From Anaerolineales bacterium (GTDB lineage Bacteria > Chloroflexota > Anaerolineae > Anaerolineales > Villigracilaceae), in assembly GCA_026928255.1 (NCBI GenBank), contig JAIXKJ010000003.1, forward strand, positions 147,833 to 211,832: a stretch of DNA of 64,000 bases, read 5' to 3'. Position numbers and translations under genes: made by a program. A model generated the notes under the pieces. That model was not told where the DNA came from. It ran no database searches and saw nothing but the letters and a program-made list of their open reading frames with translations. Below are positions 7,650 through 17,799 of the stretch, piece after piece (position 1 is the stretch's first letter; each line of letters begins with the position of its first letter).

Positions 7650-9497
7650 ATGCCTGTGGATAAACGTCCCCTGAAAGTATTTTTATGCCACGCGCACAGC
7701 GACAAAGACGCCGTGCGCGAGTTGTACGCGCGCTTGCGCGACGACGGCGTGGACGTTTGGCTGGATAAAGAGAACCTGTTGCCCGGTCAAAACTGGCGGG
7801 CTGAAATCCGCGCCGCCGTTGAAAAAGCGGACGCCGTTATTGTCTGTCATTCGCAGGAGTTCAATAAGGAGGGCTTTCGTCAAAGGGAAGTGAAATGGGC
7901 GTTGGACGCCGCGATGGAAAAACTCGAAGGCGAGATTTTTATCATCCCCGCTCGTTTGGAAGAGTGCGAGGTTATTAAAAGTTTAAGCGATTGGCATTGG
8001 GTGGACTTGTTCGATGAAAACGGCTATCGAATGCTCCTGCGCGCTTTGCAGGAGCGGGCAAATAATATTGGCGCGATCTTGCAAATCAAGAAAGGCTGGC
8101 TGCCGAGCGTGACTCTGCCGCGCAAAGAAAAACCGCCCGCTAAAAAGAAGCCTGAATCTGCTGATAACGGCGGCGTTGGCGTGGGCGGCGACGTTTCTGG
8201 CGCGGTGATTGTTACGGGCGACAATAATATCATCCACATGGGGCAGGCGGAAACGCCCGGTTCAAGCGTTGAAAAAGCGCGGTTGGAAGAAGAACGAAGA
8301 AAGCGTGCTGAAGAGCAGGCGGAGCGTGAGGCGACTGAAAAAGCCGCTCGCGAGAACGCTGAAAAAGAGGCTGCTGAACAAGTACGGCTACAAGCAGAGG
8401 AAGAAGAACGACGGCGAATTGAAAAGGAGAAAGTAGAGCGCGAAGCTGCTGAGAAGGCCGCTCGTGAAAAAGCGGAACGAGAAGCCGCCGATAGAATAGC
8501 TAGAGAAAAGGCGGAAAGAGAGGCTGCTGAAAAAAGCGCAAGAGAAAAAACAAAGAGTGAATCTGCCGAAAAAGCTAGGCAAGAGAAAAGGGAACGGCTT
8601 GAGACTCGAAGGGCTGCGCTAGCGAGGACTTCTTTTAAGTTTTTCACTACACTAAAGACAAACTTCACCCAAATAAAACCATTCCTGAGAATTGCTGGTC
8701 TCACCGGGACTGTCATTGTGCTTATATGGGGTAGTTCGTGGGCAATTCCAAAGTTTGTTTCACTCATACCGACTGCTAAGCCAAGTGCTACGATTACACG
8801 TACAGTTACTCCTATCCCATCTACAACGACACCTATCCCAACAACCACAAAAACTAAAGTACCTACTGTGACGCCTCGACCCTCAACCTTTTCCATCTAC
8901 GATAATTTTTCGTCTGGTTCGTCCAGTAAAAAATTTGATCCTGCATTGTGGATTGACTCCGGTGGCGAAGCAACAATAAATTGGCAAAGCGGATACCTTG
9001 TTTTCTCAGGAACTAATGGTGGACATGAACTGAGGCCCCGCATGCCCCAAGAGTGGCAAATTGGTCAGATTGGTAAACTGCAGGCTGATTTGAGAATTGA
9101 TGAAGTGAGCGGAGGATACGCGTTTTCGAAAATTGGAATAGATACCACACTGTCTGATGGAAAGGGAGTATGGTGGGTGCAATGTAGGGCTGGTTCGTTT
9201 GATGGAAAGAACGCTCAAGTAATTTGCGATTCTTATCGTGCAAAGGATACTATGGAACTCAAGTACCAGACTAATAGTTACTCTATTGAGTTTGGAAAGT
9301 TTTATACGGTTGCTATCGAAGTTGCCTCTGATGCCAGTTATGTTCGTTATTATGTCGACGGTGAGAAAATAGGTGGATTTCAGCCTGAAGAAAAAAATCT
9401 CTTGCTTAAGTCTAGTTTTGGTTGGAGTATCGGATTGTGGATGGATAGCGGGGTTACTGCTACAGGAGCAGTAGATAGTGTAATGATTGGTAAATAG
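7650..9497 (+). CDS. TIR_2 domain + coiled-coil repeats + transmembrane helix + Thr/Pro linker + extracytoplasmic beta-rich domain
   Basis: KVFLCHAHSDK...VWLDKENLLPGQNW...QREVKWAL...IIPARLEEC; EAAEKAARE repeats; IAGLTGTVIVLIWGSSWAI hydrophobic segment. Confidence 0.85.
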   Translation: MPVDKRPLKVFLCHAHSDKDAVRELYARLRDDGVDVWLDKENLLPGQNWRAEIRAAVEKADAVIVCHSQEFNKEGFRQREVKWALDAAMEKLEGEIFIIPARLEECEVIKSLSDWHWVDLFDENGYRMLLRALQERANNIGAILQIKKGWLPSVTLPRKEKPPAKKKPESADNGGVGVGGDVSGAVIVTGDNNIIHMGQAETPGSSVEKARLEEERRKRAEEQAEREATEKAARENAEKEAAEQVRLQAEEEERRRIEKEKVEREAAEKAAREKAEREAADRIAREKAEREAAEKSAREKTKSESAEKARQEKRERLETRRAALARTSFKFFTTLKTNFTQIKPFLRIAGLTGTVIVLIWGSSWAIPKFVSLIPTAKPSATITRTVTPIPSTTTPIPTTTKTKVPTVTPRPSTFSIYDNFSSGSSSKKFDPALWIDSGGEATINWQSGYLVFSGTNGGHELRPRMPQEWQIGQIGKLQADLRIDEVSGGYAFSKIGIDTTLSDGKGVWWVQCRAGSFDGKNAQVICDSYRAKDTMELKYQTNSYSIEFGKFYTVAIEVASDASYVRYYVDGEKIGGFQPEEKNLLLKSSFGWSIGLWMDSGVTATGAVDSVMIGK

Positions 9498-9643
9498 TTT
9501 CACGCCAAACAAGCTTTTCTAAAGGAGAGAACCAACATATTCTCCGCGTGAGGCTCATTTCAGACTGTGGATCATAGGCAATAGACCATCTACTGTCCAC
9601 GATCTATGGTCTTTCTATCAGTTATAATCCCCTCGCTCCACCA

Positions 9644-9689
9644 AACTGACAACTGGCAACTGAAAACTGACAACTGAAAACTGACAACT
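9644..9689 (+). repeat. Heptamer tandem array (AACTGAC/AACTGAA/AACTGGC) forming the glyQS leader
   Basis: 6.5 units between TATAAT (9623-9628) and ATG at 9690. Confidence 0.85.
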
Positions 9690-12600
9690 ATGTCCTCCTC
9701 CTTCCAATCCATCATCCTCACCCTGCAAGACTTCTGGTCCTCGCGCGGCTGCCTCATCACCCAACCCTACTACACCCAAGTCGGCGCGGGGACGATGAAC
9801 CCGAACACCTTCCTGCGCGTGCTGGGACCCGAAGCGTGGAATGTCGCCTACGTCGAGCCGTCCGTGCGCCCCGACGACGGACGCTACGGCGAAAATCCGA
9901 ATCGCTTCCAACTGCACACCCAATTTCAAGTCATCCTCAAACCCGACACGGGCAACCCGCAAGAGATGTATCTTGATTCGCTCAAAGCGCTCGGCATTGA
10001 CTCGCGCCAGCACGACATCCGCTTCGTCGAAGACAACTGGGAGCAGCCCGCCATCTCTGCCTGGGGGCTGGGCTGGGAGGTCTGGCTCGACGGGCAGGAG
10101 ATCACGCAGTTCACTTATTTTCAACAGATGGGCGGCGTAGCGCTCGACCCCGTCTCGGTTGAAATCACCTACGGCTTGGAGCGCATCCTCATCGCGCTTA
10201 ACAACGCCAAAGCCATCTGGGACGAACCCTACGGCGCAGACGTAACCTACGGCGAGATTCGCCGCCGCGAAGAATTTGAACATTCCAAATATTATTTTGA
10301 AACCGCCGACGTGGAACGCATCCGCGCCATGTACGACCTCTTCTCCGCCGAAGCCGAAGCCTGTCTCGCGCAGGGGCTGGTCTTGCCCGCGCACGATTAC
10401 GTTTTGAAATGCTCGCACATGTTCAACGTCCTCGACACGCGCGGCGCGATCTCCGTCGCCGAACGTCAGGCTTTCTTCCGCCGCATCCGCGAACTGGCGA
10501 AGGGCGTCGCAACCGCTTACGAAGCACAGCGCAAAGAGGCGGAGTATCCGCTTCTTAAGACGAAGGACAAAAGACCGAAGACTGCGACGGCGACTCCGTC
10601 CTCCGTCCTCCGTCCTCAGTCGTTCTTGTTGGAAATCGGTGTCGAAGAACTTCCCGCCTCGGATGTGGATTCGGCTCATGCGTATCTCGCAACCCGCATC
10701 CCGACTTTGCTCGACGAACTTTATCTTGACCATAAAGACATTCGCGTCTTTACAACCCCGCGCCGAATCGTCGTCTCGATTGACTCTCTCGCCCCGAATC
10801 AGCCCGACCGCGAAGACGTGGTCAAAGGTCCGCCCGCCAATAAAGCCTTCGATAAAGACGGAAAGATATTGCCTGCGGGCGCGGGCTTCGCCAAGAAAAA
10901 TAACGTCGAGCCAAAAGATTTGGAAGTCCGCGAGGACGCGCAAGCGGGCGGAAAATACGTCTTCGCCGTCGTCAAACAAAAAGGCAAGCCGACTCCCGAA
11001 GCGCTGACCGAAGCCTTGCCGAAATTAATCGAAAGCATTAAGTTTGAAAAATCCATGCGCTGGAACGAAAGCGGCGTCGCCTTCTCGCGTCCCATCCGCT
11101 GGCTGGTTGCTTTATTAGGCGATACTGTTATTCCATTTGAATATGCGGGCGTTGCGAGCGGAAATATTTCACGCGGACTGCGCCCCTACGGCTCGCCTGA
11201 AATCAAAATTTCTTCCGCCGAAAAATATTTCAACGCGATGCGCGAAGCGGGCGTGGTGTTGGATAAAGAAGAACGAAAGAAGTTAATCGTCGAGCAGATT
11301 GAACAATCCGCGATGTTGGTCGGCGGCGAAGCGCTGATTGAAAACGACCTGCTGAACGAAGTCGCCAACCTCGTCGAAATGCCGACGGCGGTGATGGGCG
11401 CGTTCAACGCAGAATTTTTATCGCTGCCGCGAGACGTGCTAATTTCGGTGATGAAGAAACACCAACGGTATTTTCCAGTTCAAGCGAGTTCCAAGTTTCA
11501 GGTTTCAAGTTCCAAGTCTGTCGAAGAACCTTCAACCTCCAACCTTCAACCTTTAACCTTTAACCTATCACCCCACTTCATCGCCATTCGCAACGGCGAC
11601 GACATCGGCGTGGATACTGTCCGCGCTGGCAACGAACACGTCCTCAACGCGCGTTTCGCCGACGCGAACTTCTTCGTCCGCGAAGATTTGAAATTGACGC
11701 TGGAAGAATATCGTCCCAAACTCGCGGCGCTGACCTTCCACACCAAACTCGGCTCCATGCTCGACAAGTCCAAGCGCATCGCCAAACTGGTTAACGAGTT
11801 GATCCCCGCCCTCGGCCTCGAAGCCGACCAAGCCATCTTTGCCCGCCGCGCCGCGCATTTAATGAAGGCCGACCTCGTCACGCAGATGGTCACCGAGATG
11901 ACATCGCTTCAAGGCATCATCGGTGGTGAATACGCCCTGCGCTCTGGCGAACAAGCAGATGTTGCCAAGGCCATCGGCGAGCAATATCAGGCTGTTCCTA
12001 AATCCAAAGCAGGACTTGTCATTGCCTTGGCGGATAGATTGGATTCGCTCGTCGGCCTCTTCGCGGCGGGACTCGCCCCGACGGGCGCGAAAGACCCCTT
12101 CGGTTTGCGCCGCGCCGCGATTGGCGTCGTGCAACCGCTCATCGAACACGCCGTTCAATTTAATCTGTCCGACGCGATTCAAAAATCTGCGGCGACGCAA
12201 CCGATTGAAGTCAGCGCCGAAACGCAAAATCAAATTTTGGATTTCATCGCGGGGCGCTTGTCCGTTGTGTTGAAAGACATGGGCTACAAACACGATCAAG
12301 TGGAAGCGATTCTGGCGGAACAATCGGGAAACCCTGCGGCGTGCGTTTGGTCGTTGAATCAACTGTCCGAGTGGACGAAGCGCGAAGATTGGCAACTCAT
12401 CCTCGCCGCGTTTGCGCGTTGCGCCCGCATCACCCGCGACCAAAAGCAAATCTTCCAAGTTGACGAAAAATTATTCGTCGAGAAAGAAGAAAAGGATTTA
12501 TTCGCGCAAGTGAAAATCATCAGCAGTCAGCCGTTTTCCGTGCAGGGATTTTTGAAAGTGATCGTCAAGTTGACTCCCGCCATTAATGCGTTCTTTGATA

Positions 12601-12716
12601 AAGTGATGGTCATGGCGGAAGATCAAAAACTCAGAGAAAACCGTTTGGGCTTGTTGCAAAAAATTGTCTCGCGCTCAAAAGGCGTCGCGGATTTTAGCAA
12701 GTTGGATGGGTTTTAA
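9690..12716 (+). CDS. glyQS: Glycine-tRNA ligase, fused alpha+beta subunits
   Basis: Alpha motifs [35 protein letters not shown]; beta motifs [36 protein letters not shown]. Confidence 0.97.
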   Translation: MSSSFQSIILTLQDFWSSRGCLITQPYYTQVGAGTMNPNTFLRVLGPEAWNVAYVEPSVRPDDGRYGENPNRFQLHTQFQVILKPDTGNPQEMYLDSLKALGIDSRQHDIRFVEDNWEQPAISAWGLGWEVWLDGQEITQFTYFQQMGGVALDPVSVEITYGLERILIALNNAKAIWDEPYGADVTYGEIRRREEFEHSKYYFETADVERIRAMYDLFSAEAEACLAQGLVLPAHDYVLKCSHMFNVLDTRGAISVAERQAFFRRIRELAKGVATAYEAQRKEAEYPLLKTKDKRPKTATATPSSVLRPQSFLLEIGVEELPASDVDSAHAYLATRIPTLLDELYLDHKDIRVFTTPRRIVVSIDSLAPNQPDREDVVKGPPANKAFDKDGKILPAGAGFAKKNNVEPKDLEVREDAQAGGKYVFAVVKQKGKPTPEALTEALPKLIESIKFEKSMRWNESGVAFSRPIRWLVALLGDTVIPFEYAGVASGNISRGLRPYGSPEIKISSAEKYFNAMREAGVVLDKEERKKLIVEQIEQSAMLVGGEALIENDLLNEVANLVEMPTAVMGAFNAEFLSLPRDVLISVMKKHQRYFPVQASSKFQVSSSKSVEEPSTSNLQPLTFNLSPHFIAIRNGDDIGVDTVRAGNEHVLNARFADANFFVREDLKLTLEEYRPKLAALTFHTKLGSMLDKSKRIAKLVNELIPALGLEADQAIFARRAAHLMKADLVTQMVTEMTSLQGIIGGEYALRSGEQADVAKAIGEQYQAVPKSKAGLVIALADRLDSLVGLFAAGLAPTGAKDPFGLRRAAIGVVQPLIEHAVQFNLSDAIQKSAATQPIEVSAETQNQILDFIAGRLSVVLKDMGYKHDQVEAILAEQSGNPAACVWSLNQLSEWTKREDWQLILAAFARCARITRDQKQIFQVDEKLFVEKEEKDLFAQVKIISSQPFSVQGFLKVIVKLTPAINAFFDKVMVMAEDQKLRENRLGLLQKIVSRSKGVADFSKLDGF
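10556..10620 (+). repeat. Heptamer hairpin (AAGACNN / CTCCGTC) encoding the alpha-beta linker
   Basis: AAGACGA AGGACAA AAGACCG AAGACTG ... CTCCGTC x3 CTCAGTC. Confidence 0.7.
11489..11568 (+). repeat. Heptamer hairpin inserted in frame in the GlyS portion
   Basis: TTCCAAG TTTCAGG TTTCAAG TTCCAAG ... AACCTTC AACCTCC AACCTTC AACCTTT AACCTTT AACCTAT. Confidence 0.8.
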
Positions 12717-12720
12717 GGAT

Positions 12721-12836
12721 TCAGTAATCAGTAATCAGTAATTAGTGATTAGTAAACAGTGAGTAGTAGAATTGACAACTGACAACTGCTCACTGTCAAC
12801 TGCCAACTGATAACTGCTCACTGACAACTGGCAACC
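12721..12836 (+). repeat. Two-arm heptamer array (TCAGTAA)n / (AACTGNN)n between glyQS and dnaG
   Basis: The arms are approximately reverse complementary; the array ends 3 nt before the dnaG ATG. Confidence 0.85.
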
Positions 12837-12839
12837 GAA

Positions 12840-14729
12840 ATGTCCACCATTGACGAAATCAAATCCCGAATAGATATCGTTGACCTCGTCTCCGAAGCGG
12901 GGGTGAAGTTGCGTAAGGCGGGGCGCAACTATACGGGCTTCTGTCCGTTTCACGACAACAAGCACACGCCCGCCTTTGTCGTCTGGCCCGAGTCGGGGAC
13001 CTGGCGCTGTTTCGGCGCGTGCAACGAAGGCGGCGACATCTTCAAGTTCGTGATGAAGCGCGACGGATTGGACTTCAAAGAAGCGTTGCAAAAACTCGCC
13101 GACCGCGCGGGCGTGGAATTAAAAGAATACGTCCGCGAGACGCCGCAACAGCGCGAAGCCTACGACCACCTGCGCGGACTGCTGGAAGACGCGCTGATTT
13201 ATTATCGCAGCCGCTTATTTGAAAACGCCGACGTGCTCGGCTATCTGCGTCAAAAACGCAACCTGACCGACGCGACGATTGAGTCGTTCGGTTTGGGGTA
13301 CGCGCCGCCTGGCTACGATAATTTGCTCAACCATTTCAAAGATAAATACATGCCGCAAGACCTCGCGGACGCGGGCATGCTCTCCGAACGCGACAGCGGC
13401 GGATTTTTTGACCGCTTCCGTCATCGCATTATGATTCCCATCCGCGACGAGCAGGGGCGCATGGCGGGCTTCGGCGCGCGCATCGTCAACGCCGACGATA
13501 ACCCAAAATTCCTCAACTCGCCCGAAACCGCCATCTTCACCAAAGGGCGTCTGCTCTACGGACTCGACCGCGCCAGAAAACCGATTCGCGCCGCAGACCA
13601 AGCCGTCATCGTCGAAGGCTATCTCGACGTGATCGCGCTTCATCAAGCGGGATATGAAAACGTCGTCTCGCCGATGGGAACGGCGCTGACCGAAGATCAA
13701 CTGCGCCTGCTCAAACGGCTGACGCGCCGCATTGTCCTCGCCCTCGACCCGGACGCGGCGGGGCAGAAAGCCGTCTTGCGCGGGTTAGACGCCGCGCGTT
13801 CGGCGATGGATCGAGAAGCCGAATTGGCTTTTGACGCGCACGGCTTGCTTCGCAGCGAATCCCGTCTGCAAGCGGACTTGCGCGTAGCGACCATGCCCGA
13901 CGAACTCGACCCCGACGAAATTGTGGCGCGTGATAAAAACGAGTGGCAGAAAATTATCGCGGACGCAAAGCCGATTGTCGCGCACGTCATGGAGACTCTT
14001 TCGGCGGGGCAAGACTTAAACGACCCGAAAATCAAAAATGAAATCGCCGCGCAAGTTCTGCCGCTGATTGACGATCTCGGCTCTCCGATGGAACGCGATA
14101 CATATCGTCAGGCGTTGGCGCGCATGTTGCGGGTGGACGAGCGCTCCTTAATGGCGACTCAGTCCAAGGGTCAGGTTGTGAGGCGCAAGCCGCGCAAAAA
14201 CGAGCCGACTCGCGCAGAGTCCGCACCCGTCATTGCGTTGTCGCCCGGCAGAATCATCGAAGCGCATTGCTTAAGCGTTTTGACGCAAACGCCGACTTTG
14301 CTTTATCGTTTAGACCGCGAGTTGGAGGCGTTTGGCTTGAGCCCGTTAGCCGCCGAAGATTTTGAATACACCGACCATCGTCTGTTGTTCGAGGCGTTGA
14401 AACGCGCGACTGGGCAAGACGAAAAAGAGTACGATCAATTTGTGCTTTCGCAAATTACCGACGACCTCGGCGCGTTGATGGACGAACTGCGCGCGAGCGC
14501 GAAAAAGATTAATTCGTCCGACGACAAATTTTTGGACGACCTCGCCGCGCGATTTTTAGACTTGCGCCGCGTCCGCGCGATGGACAGCGTGACTCAACTG
14601 AAATTTTTGCAAGCCGACGACCAAGAGCAAGGCGGGGAAAATGTTAAAATTTATATCGAACAAACGATGCGTTTGACGCGCCTATTGCGCGGATTGGATC
14701 AGGCTCGGTTAAAATTATCCAAGCATTGA
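12840..14729 (+). CDS. dnaG: DNA primase
   Basis: CPFHDNKHTPAF...CFGAC zinc finger, KFLNSPET, IVEGYLDVIA and DPDAAG TOPRIM motifs. Confidence 0.97.
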   Translation: MSTIDEIKSRIDIVDLVSEAGVKLRKAGRNYTGFCPFHDNKHTPAFVVWPESGTWRCFGACNEGGDIFKFVMKRDGLDFKEALQKLADRAGVELKEYVRETPQQREAYDHLRGLLEDALIYYRSRLFENADVLGYLRQKRNLTDATIESFGLGYAPPGYDNLLNHFKDKYMPQDLADAGMLSERDSGGFFDRFRHRIMIPIRDEQGRMAGFGARIVNADDNPKFLNSPETAIFTKGRLLYGLDRARKPIRAADQAVIVEGYLDVIALHQAGYENVVSPMGTALTEDQLRLLKRLTRRIVLALDPDAAGQKAVLRGLDAARSAMDREAELAFDAHGLLRSESRLQADLRVATMPDELDPDEIVARDKNEWQKIIADAKPIVAHVMETLSAGQDLNDPKIKNEIAAQVLPLIDDLGSPMERDTYRQALARMLRVDERSLMATQSKGQVVRRKPRKNEPTRAESAPVIALSPGRIIEAHCLSVLTQTPTLLYRLDRELEAFGLSPLAAEDFEYTDHRLLFEALKRATGQDEKEYDQFVLSQITDDLGALMDELRASAKKINSSDDKFLDDLAARFLDLRRVRAMDSVTQLKFLQADDQEQGGENVKIYIEQTMRLTRLLRGLDQARLKLSKH

Positions 14730-14783
14730 AATTTCCTCTCGCCGCCGCGAGCGAGAGGAAGCGAACTTCGTAAGGGAGACGCG

Positions 14784-16343
14784 ATGAAAACAAAACGCCC
14801 GCTGCCCGAAAAAAAGACGAAGAAAAAAAACGAACCCAAAACGGACGCGAAAGGCGCGAAAAAAATCGAGCCGCGCCGCGAGCCAGACTTTACTTCGGAA
14901 GAATTCGCCGAAACGGACGACTTGCTCTTCGCGTTCGACGAAGACAACCTTCCCGATTTGCGCGAACGCCCCGCGGACGAACCGAGCGAAGACCCGATTC
15001 GTTTATATCTGTACGAAATTGGTCAAGTGAAATTGCTCGACGCCGACAGCGAATTTCGGCTGGCGACTCTCATCGAAGGCGAGCGGGCTATCGCAACGTT
15101 AACCGACCTTAACAAACGCAAGCGCCTCCCGCAAGCCGCTTGCGTTTATCAAGCCGCGCTGGCGGAAGCGCAAACTTTATGGAAGCGTCTGCAAGAGGAC
15201 GCGCAACGCCTTGAACAAAGTCCGCCCGACTTGGCGCTGATGTTGGCGGAAGCGCAAACTTTGCGCGTCGGCTGGGAATTTGATTCGCCGTCTTATTTGC
15301 GCGCTTATCTTGACAACGGCTTGTGGGGCAACGACCGACTTTGGGGAAACCTCGCGCGTCATGCGTACGGCGTATTTCTAAATTTTTATCTATTGCCTTT
15401 TTCTTACGCGCAATGGCTTTTGAATTACGTCGGCTCGCGCCAAAAATTTCCCGCGCAACGCGCCCTGCAAAATAACCTGCCCGACGAAGCGGAATTGAAC
15501 GCCGAAATGCAAGCCATCCGCCTTCGCGCCGAAGACGCGAAACACGCCCTCGTCCGCGCAAATTTGCGCTTAGTGGTCAGCGTCGCAAAACGATATTTGG
15601 GGCGCGGCATTCCTCTGTTGGATTTAGCGCAAGAAGGCAATCTGGGATTATTGCGCGCCATCGGAAAATTTGACCCGCGACTCGGATTCAAATTCAGCAC
15701 CTACGCCACCTGGTGGATTCGACAATCCATCAATCGCTCCATCGCCGAACAAGCGCGGACGATTCGCATTCCCGTCCATTTATTTGAATCCATCTCGCGC
15801 ATTTTGCGCGCCCAACGCGAGTTGACTCAAACCTTGGGGCGCGAGCCGACCAACGAAGACATCGCCTTAGAAGTCGGTTATCTGCCTGCGGCGGACGTGC
15901 AAGCCGTCTTGCAGGCGCACGCCGAAAACCGTCCGCTAGACGAAACCTTGCAGAAAAAATTAAGCCTCGCCTCGCAAAAAGTGATTCGCGCTTTGCGCTC
16001 CGCCGAAGAGACCGTCTCGCTCGACGTGCCAGTCAGCGACGACGAATCCGCAAATTTGAGCGATTTCATCGAAGACGAAGACGCCCTCTCGCCGATAGAC
16101 GCCGCCGCCCGCAAAATGTTGCGCGGACAAATTTCGCGCGTGCTGTCTTCTCTCGCCGAGCGCGAGCGCGAAGTGCTGGAATTGCGTTTCGGCTTAAAAG
16201 ATGGCAGAGAATATACGCTGGAAGAAGTCAGCCGCTTCTTTGACATTACCCGCGAGCGCGTGCGCCAAATCGAAGCGAAGGCGCTGCGGAAGTTGCGCCA
16301 TCCGTCCAACAGCCGAGAATTGAGAGATTATTTAGGGGATTGA
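14784..16343 (+). CDS. rpoD: RNA polymerase sigma-70 factor (RpoD/SigA-like)
   Basis: DPIRLYL (region 1.2), [13 protein letters not shown]...QEGNLGL...[12 protein letters not shown] (region 2), TLEEV...[19 protein letters not shown] (region 4); located after dnaG. Confidence 0.8.
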   Translation: MKTKRPLPEKKTKKKNEPKTDAKGAKKIEPRREPDFTSEEFAETDDLLFAFDEDNLPDLRERPADEPSEDPIRLYLYEIGQVKLLDADSEFRLATLIEGERAIATLTDLNKRKRLPQAACVYQAALAEAQTLWKRLQEDAQRLEQSPPDLALMLAEAQTLRVGWEFDSPSYLRAYLDNGLWGNDRLWGNLARHAYGVFLNFYLLPFSYAQWLLNYVGSRQKFPAQRALQNNLPDEAELNAEMQAIRLRAEDAKHALVRANLRLVVSVAKRYLGRGIPLLDLAQEGNLGLLRAIGKFDPRLGFKFSTYATWWIRQSINRSIAEQARTIRIPVHLFESISRILRAQRELTQTLGREPTNEDIALEVGYLPAADVQAVLQAHAENRPLDETLQKKLSLASQKVIRALRSAEETVSLDVPVSDDESANLSDFIEDEDALSPIDAAARKMLRGQISRVLSSLAEREREVLELRFGLKDGREYTLEEVSRFFDITRERVRQIEAKALRKLRHPSNSRELRDYLGD

Positions 16344-16391
16344 TAAATAAATTCCCTGTTTGTGTAAAAAGGCGCTAATACAAATCTTATG

Positions 16392-16425
16392 TGATATACT
16401 TCCGCGAACTGTGCAAGATTTCACA
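16392..16425 (+). promoter_or_regulatory. nuo promoter (extended -10 TGnTATACT) with downstream Rex-like operator TGTGCA-AGAT-TTCACA
   Basis: TATACT at 16395-16400; palindrome at 16410-16425 matches TGTGAA-N4-TTCACA at 11 of 12 positions. Confidence 0.6.
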
Positions 16426-16445
16426 CATCGCTAGAGGTGTTTTTT

Positions 16446-16802
16446 ATGTTGCTGGAATATATCGCTATTGGGGTGATGATACTCACCGCCACCCTCATCG
16501 CTTTTATCGCTATCGGAATGGGCGAGCTTTTCGGACCAAAAAAGAAATCGTCGGCGAAAGATATGCCTTACGAATCGGGCATGGACACTATCGGTCCGGG
16601 GACGCGGCGCATGCCCGTCCGCTTTTACCTGCTCGCCGTCTTCTTTATCCTATTTGACGTTGAAGTCATTTTCTTTTTGCCCTGGGCGATCGCGTTTCGC
16701 AAACTGGGGCTTTTTGGCTTAATTGAAATGATCGTCTTTATCGTCATCCTTATTGTTGGCTATATCTATGCGTGGAAGAAAGGAGCTTTAGAATGGGAGT
16801 AG
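16446..16802 (+). CDS. nuoA: NADH-quinone oxidoreductase subunit A
   Basis: [15 protein letters not shown] and WKKGALEW motifs; SD GAGGTG upstream. Confidence 0.95.
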   Translation: MLLEYIAIGVMILTATLIAFIAIGMGELFGPKKKSSAKDMPYESGMDTIGPGTRRMPVRFYLLAVFFILFDVEVIFFLPWAIAFRKLGLFGLIEMIVFIVILIVGYIYAWKKGALEWE

Positions 16803-17278
16803 AACAAAAACTTGGCAATATGGGCGTAGTTACCGTAACGCTTGAAAACGCGGTGAACTGGTCGCGCACCAACGCGATGTGGCCCATGCTCTTCGGCTTG
16901 GCGTGTTGCGCCATCGAGATGATGGCGGCGCAAGCCTCCGACTTTGACATGAGCCGCTTCGGCATGGAATTGATGCGCGCCAGCCCGCGCCAGTCCGATT
17001 TGATGATCGTCGCCGGGCGCGTCTCCAAAAAAATGGGACCTGTCCTGCGCCGCTTATACGACCAAATGCCCGAACCGAAATGGGTCATCGCCATGGGCGA
17101 TTGCGCTTCCTGCGGCGGCGTCTTCAACAACTACGCCATCCATCAAGGCGTGGACGAAGTCGTCCCCGTGGACGTCTATGTGGCGGGTTGTCCGCCGCGC
17201 CCCGAAGCGCTGATTCACGGCATCCTCACTTTGTATGAAAAAGTCAACGCGATGAAATTCGTCGAGAAAAATAAATAG
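16793..17278 (+). CDS. nuoB: NADH-quinone oxidoreductase subunit B
   Basis: [33 protein letters not shown]. Confidence 0.96.
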   Translation: MGVEQKLGNMGVVTVTLENAVNWSRTNAMWPMLFGLACCAIEMMAAQASDFDMSRFGMELMRASPRQSDLMIVAGRVSKKMGPVLRRLYDQMPEPKWVIAMGDCASCGGVFNNYAIHQGVDEVVPVDVYVAGCPPRPEALIHGILTLYEKVNAMKFVEKNK

Positions 17279-17286
17279 ACGCGCTT

Positions 17287-17796
17287 ATGGACAAAAACCT
17301 TGAACCCGTTGTAAAAGATTTGCAAAGCAAATTCGGCGCGACGTGCGAAGAATTTCGCGGCGAAGCGCAGTGCCTCGTCAAAGCGGAAAACGTCGTGCCT
17401 GCGCTGACTTTTCTGCGCGACGACTGCGGCTTTGAGTTGCTTTCGTCTCAATCGGCGATTGACTATTACCCGCAAACGTCGCCGCGTTTTCACGTCGTCT
17501 ATCAACTGACTTCGATCTCGAAAAATTTATCGGTTCAGTTGCGCGTCCCCGTCGCGGACGGACAAACGATTCCGACGGCGACCGGCGTTTACAAATTGTG
17601 CATGTGGCGCGAGCGCGAATTGATGGACATGTTCGGCATTAACTTTGACGGACACCCCGACCCGCGCCGCATCCTCATGCCCGAAGGCACGGAAGGGCAT
17701 CCGTTGCGGCGAGATTTTCCGCTTGGTTATGAAGAGCCGCAGTTCACCTTCAACTTCGACGAAATCCAACTGCCCAAGCCGCACCCGAAGGAATAA
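17287..17796 (+). CDS. nuoC: NADH-quinone oxidoreductase subunit C
   Basis: ERELMDMFGINFDGHPDPRRIL...GHPLRRDFP. Confidence 0.95.
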   Translation: MDKNLEPVVKDLQSKFGATCEEFRGEAQCLVKAENVVPALTFLRDDCGFELLSSQSAIDYYPQTSPRFHVVYQLTSISKNLSVQLRVPVADGQTIPTATGVYKLCMWRERELMDMFGINFDGHPDPRRILMPEGTEGHPLRRDFPLGYEEPQFTFNFDEIQLPKPHPKE

Positions 17797-17799
17797 ACT

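Noticed and set aside
9500-9689. T-box leader for glyQS
   Set aside because: No T-box consensus is visible, and the leader after TATAAT is too short and made of heptamers.
9690-12716. glyQ-glyS fusion as a novelty
   Set aside because: Fused alpha-beta GlyRS is already known (Chlamydia, plant organelles, Chloroflexota).
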